In this document: positions 63,572-64,000 of the stretch, in pieces | How the letters are laid out: each line of letters begins with the position of its first letter | Position numbering within the stretch: position 1 is the stretch's first letter | DNA from: Guillardia theta CCMP2712 | Taxonomy: Eukaryota > Protista > Cryptophyta | Assembly: GCF_000315625.1 (NCBI RefSeq) | Contig: NW_005434544.1 | Location: 51,400-115,399 of the forward strand | Direction: 5' to 3' | Length of the DNA: 64,000 nucleotides | Position numbers and translations under genes: made by a program | The notes under the pieces: generated by a model | Seen by the model: only the letters and a program-made list of their open reading frames with translations | The model's database searches: none | Told to the model about the DNA's origin: nothing

Positions 63572-64000
63572 GGCGGAGAGGAGCGCTTGTTGCTGGGACC
63601 AGGAAGTTAACAGTTCTTTATAAGTCTTTTTGTTAAAATAGATATTTCATATGGTACTGCACTGTACTGAGTCATTTGTACTAGCATATCAAGTACAGCT
63701 CAGAAACATAATCGTACAAAACTATGATATCAGGCTCAGCCTCACTGTAGCCTACGTTAGCCTAGTAGCGTCCACACTACTAAAGACTCGGACTCTTTGT
63801 CGGATTGATCGGACACCGGCGGGGGCCCAAACCGTTCAGTGAAAGGCGTACCAGTACTGCTACTTAACTTTGAGTGAAAAAAAGGTGCTACTAGAGTAAA
63901 GTAGTGACCGCCTACGGTACTGTCGTGCGGCATTATTGAAACAATTGAAACTTGACTTGCCACACGGTAGCCCCGTACTGACAGTGTACTGCCCGCGGCC

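Overview
Gene-dense eukaryotic nuclear DNA with many short (~45-60 nt) GT-AG introns, some expanded by GA/CT microsatellites, and one 820-N assembly gap. The chlorophyll synthase carries a signal peptide followed by Phe and a transit peptide, which points to an alga with a complex red-derived plastid. The overall style suggests a cryptophyte such as Guillardia theta (inference, not verified). Recognisable genes: chlG, tRNA-Met(CAU), RPA1, a reticulon, a DUF273/GT-A glycosyltransferase, RRP4, an EF-hand+cNMP-binding protein, a MORN+ankyrin protein, a GNAT, a CUB protein, two GYGD CNBD K+ channels, an SPX/RING protein, HAAO, a pyrimidine 5'-nucleotidase, a bacterial-type Cj0069-family protein, and several lineage-specific membrane or secreted proteins. 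Most notable: (1) a RING-H2 inserted inside an SPX domain; (2) a CNBD channel fused to a C2 domain, with an apparent 1-nt frameshift; (3) three copies of a ~1.3-1.5 kb ORF-bearing unit (inverted plus tandem) that differ by locally templated micro-insertions; (4) intergenic DNA written in sharply bounded motif 'dialects'; (5) an RPA1 lacking its Zn-ribbon cysteines; (6) an intron-rich Cj0069-like gene. Exon boundaries were read by eye and are approximate.
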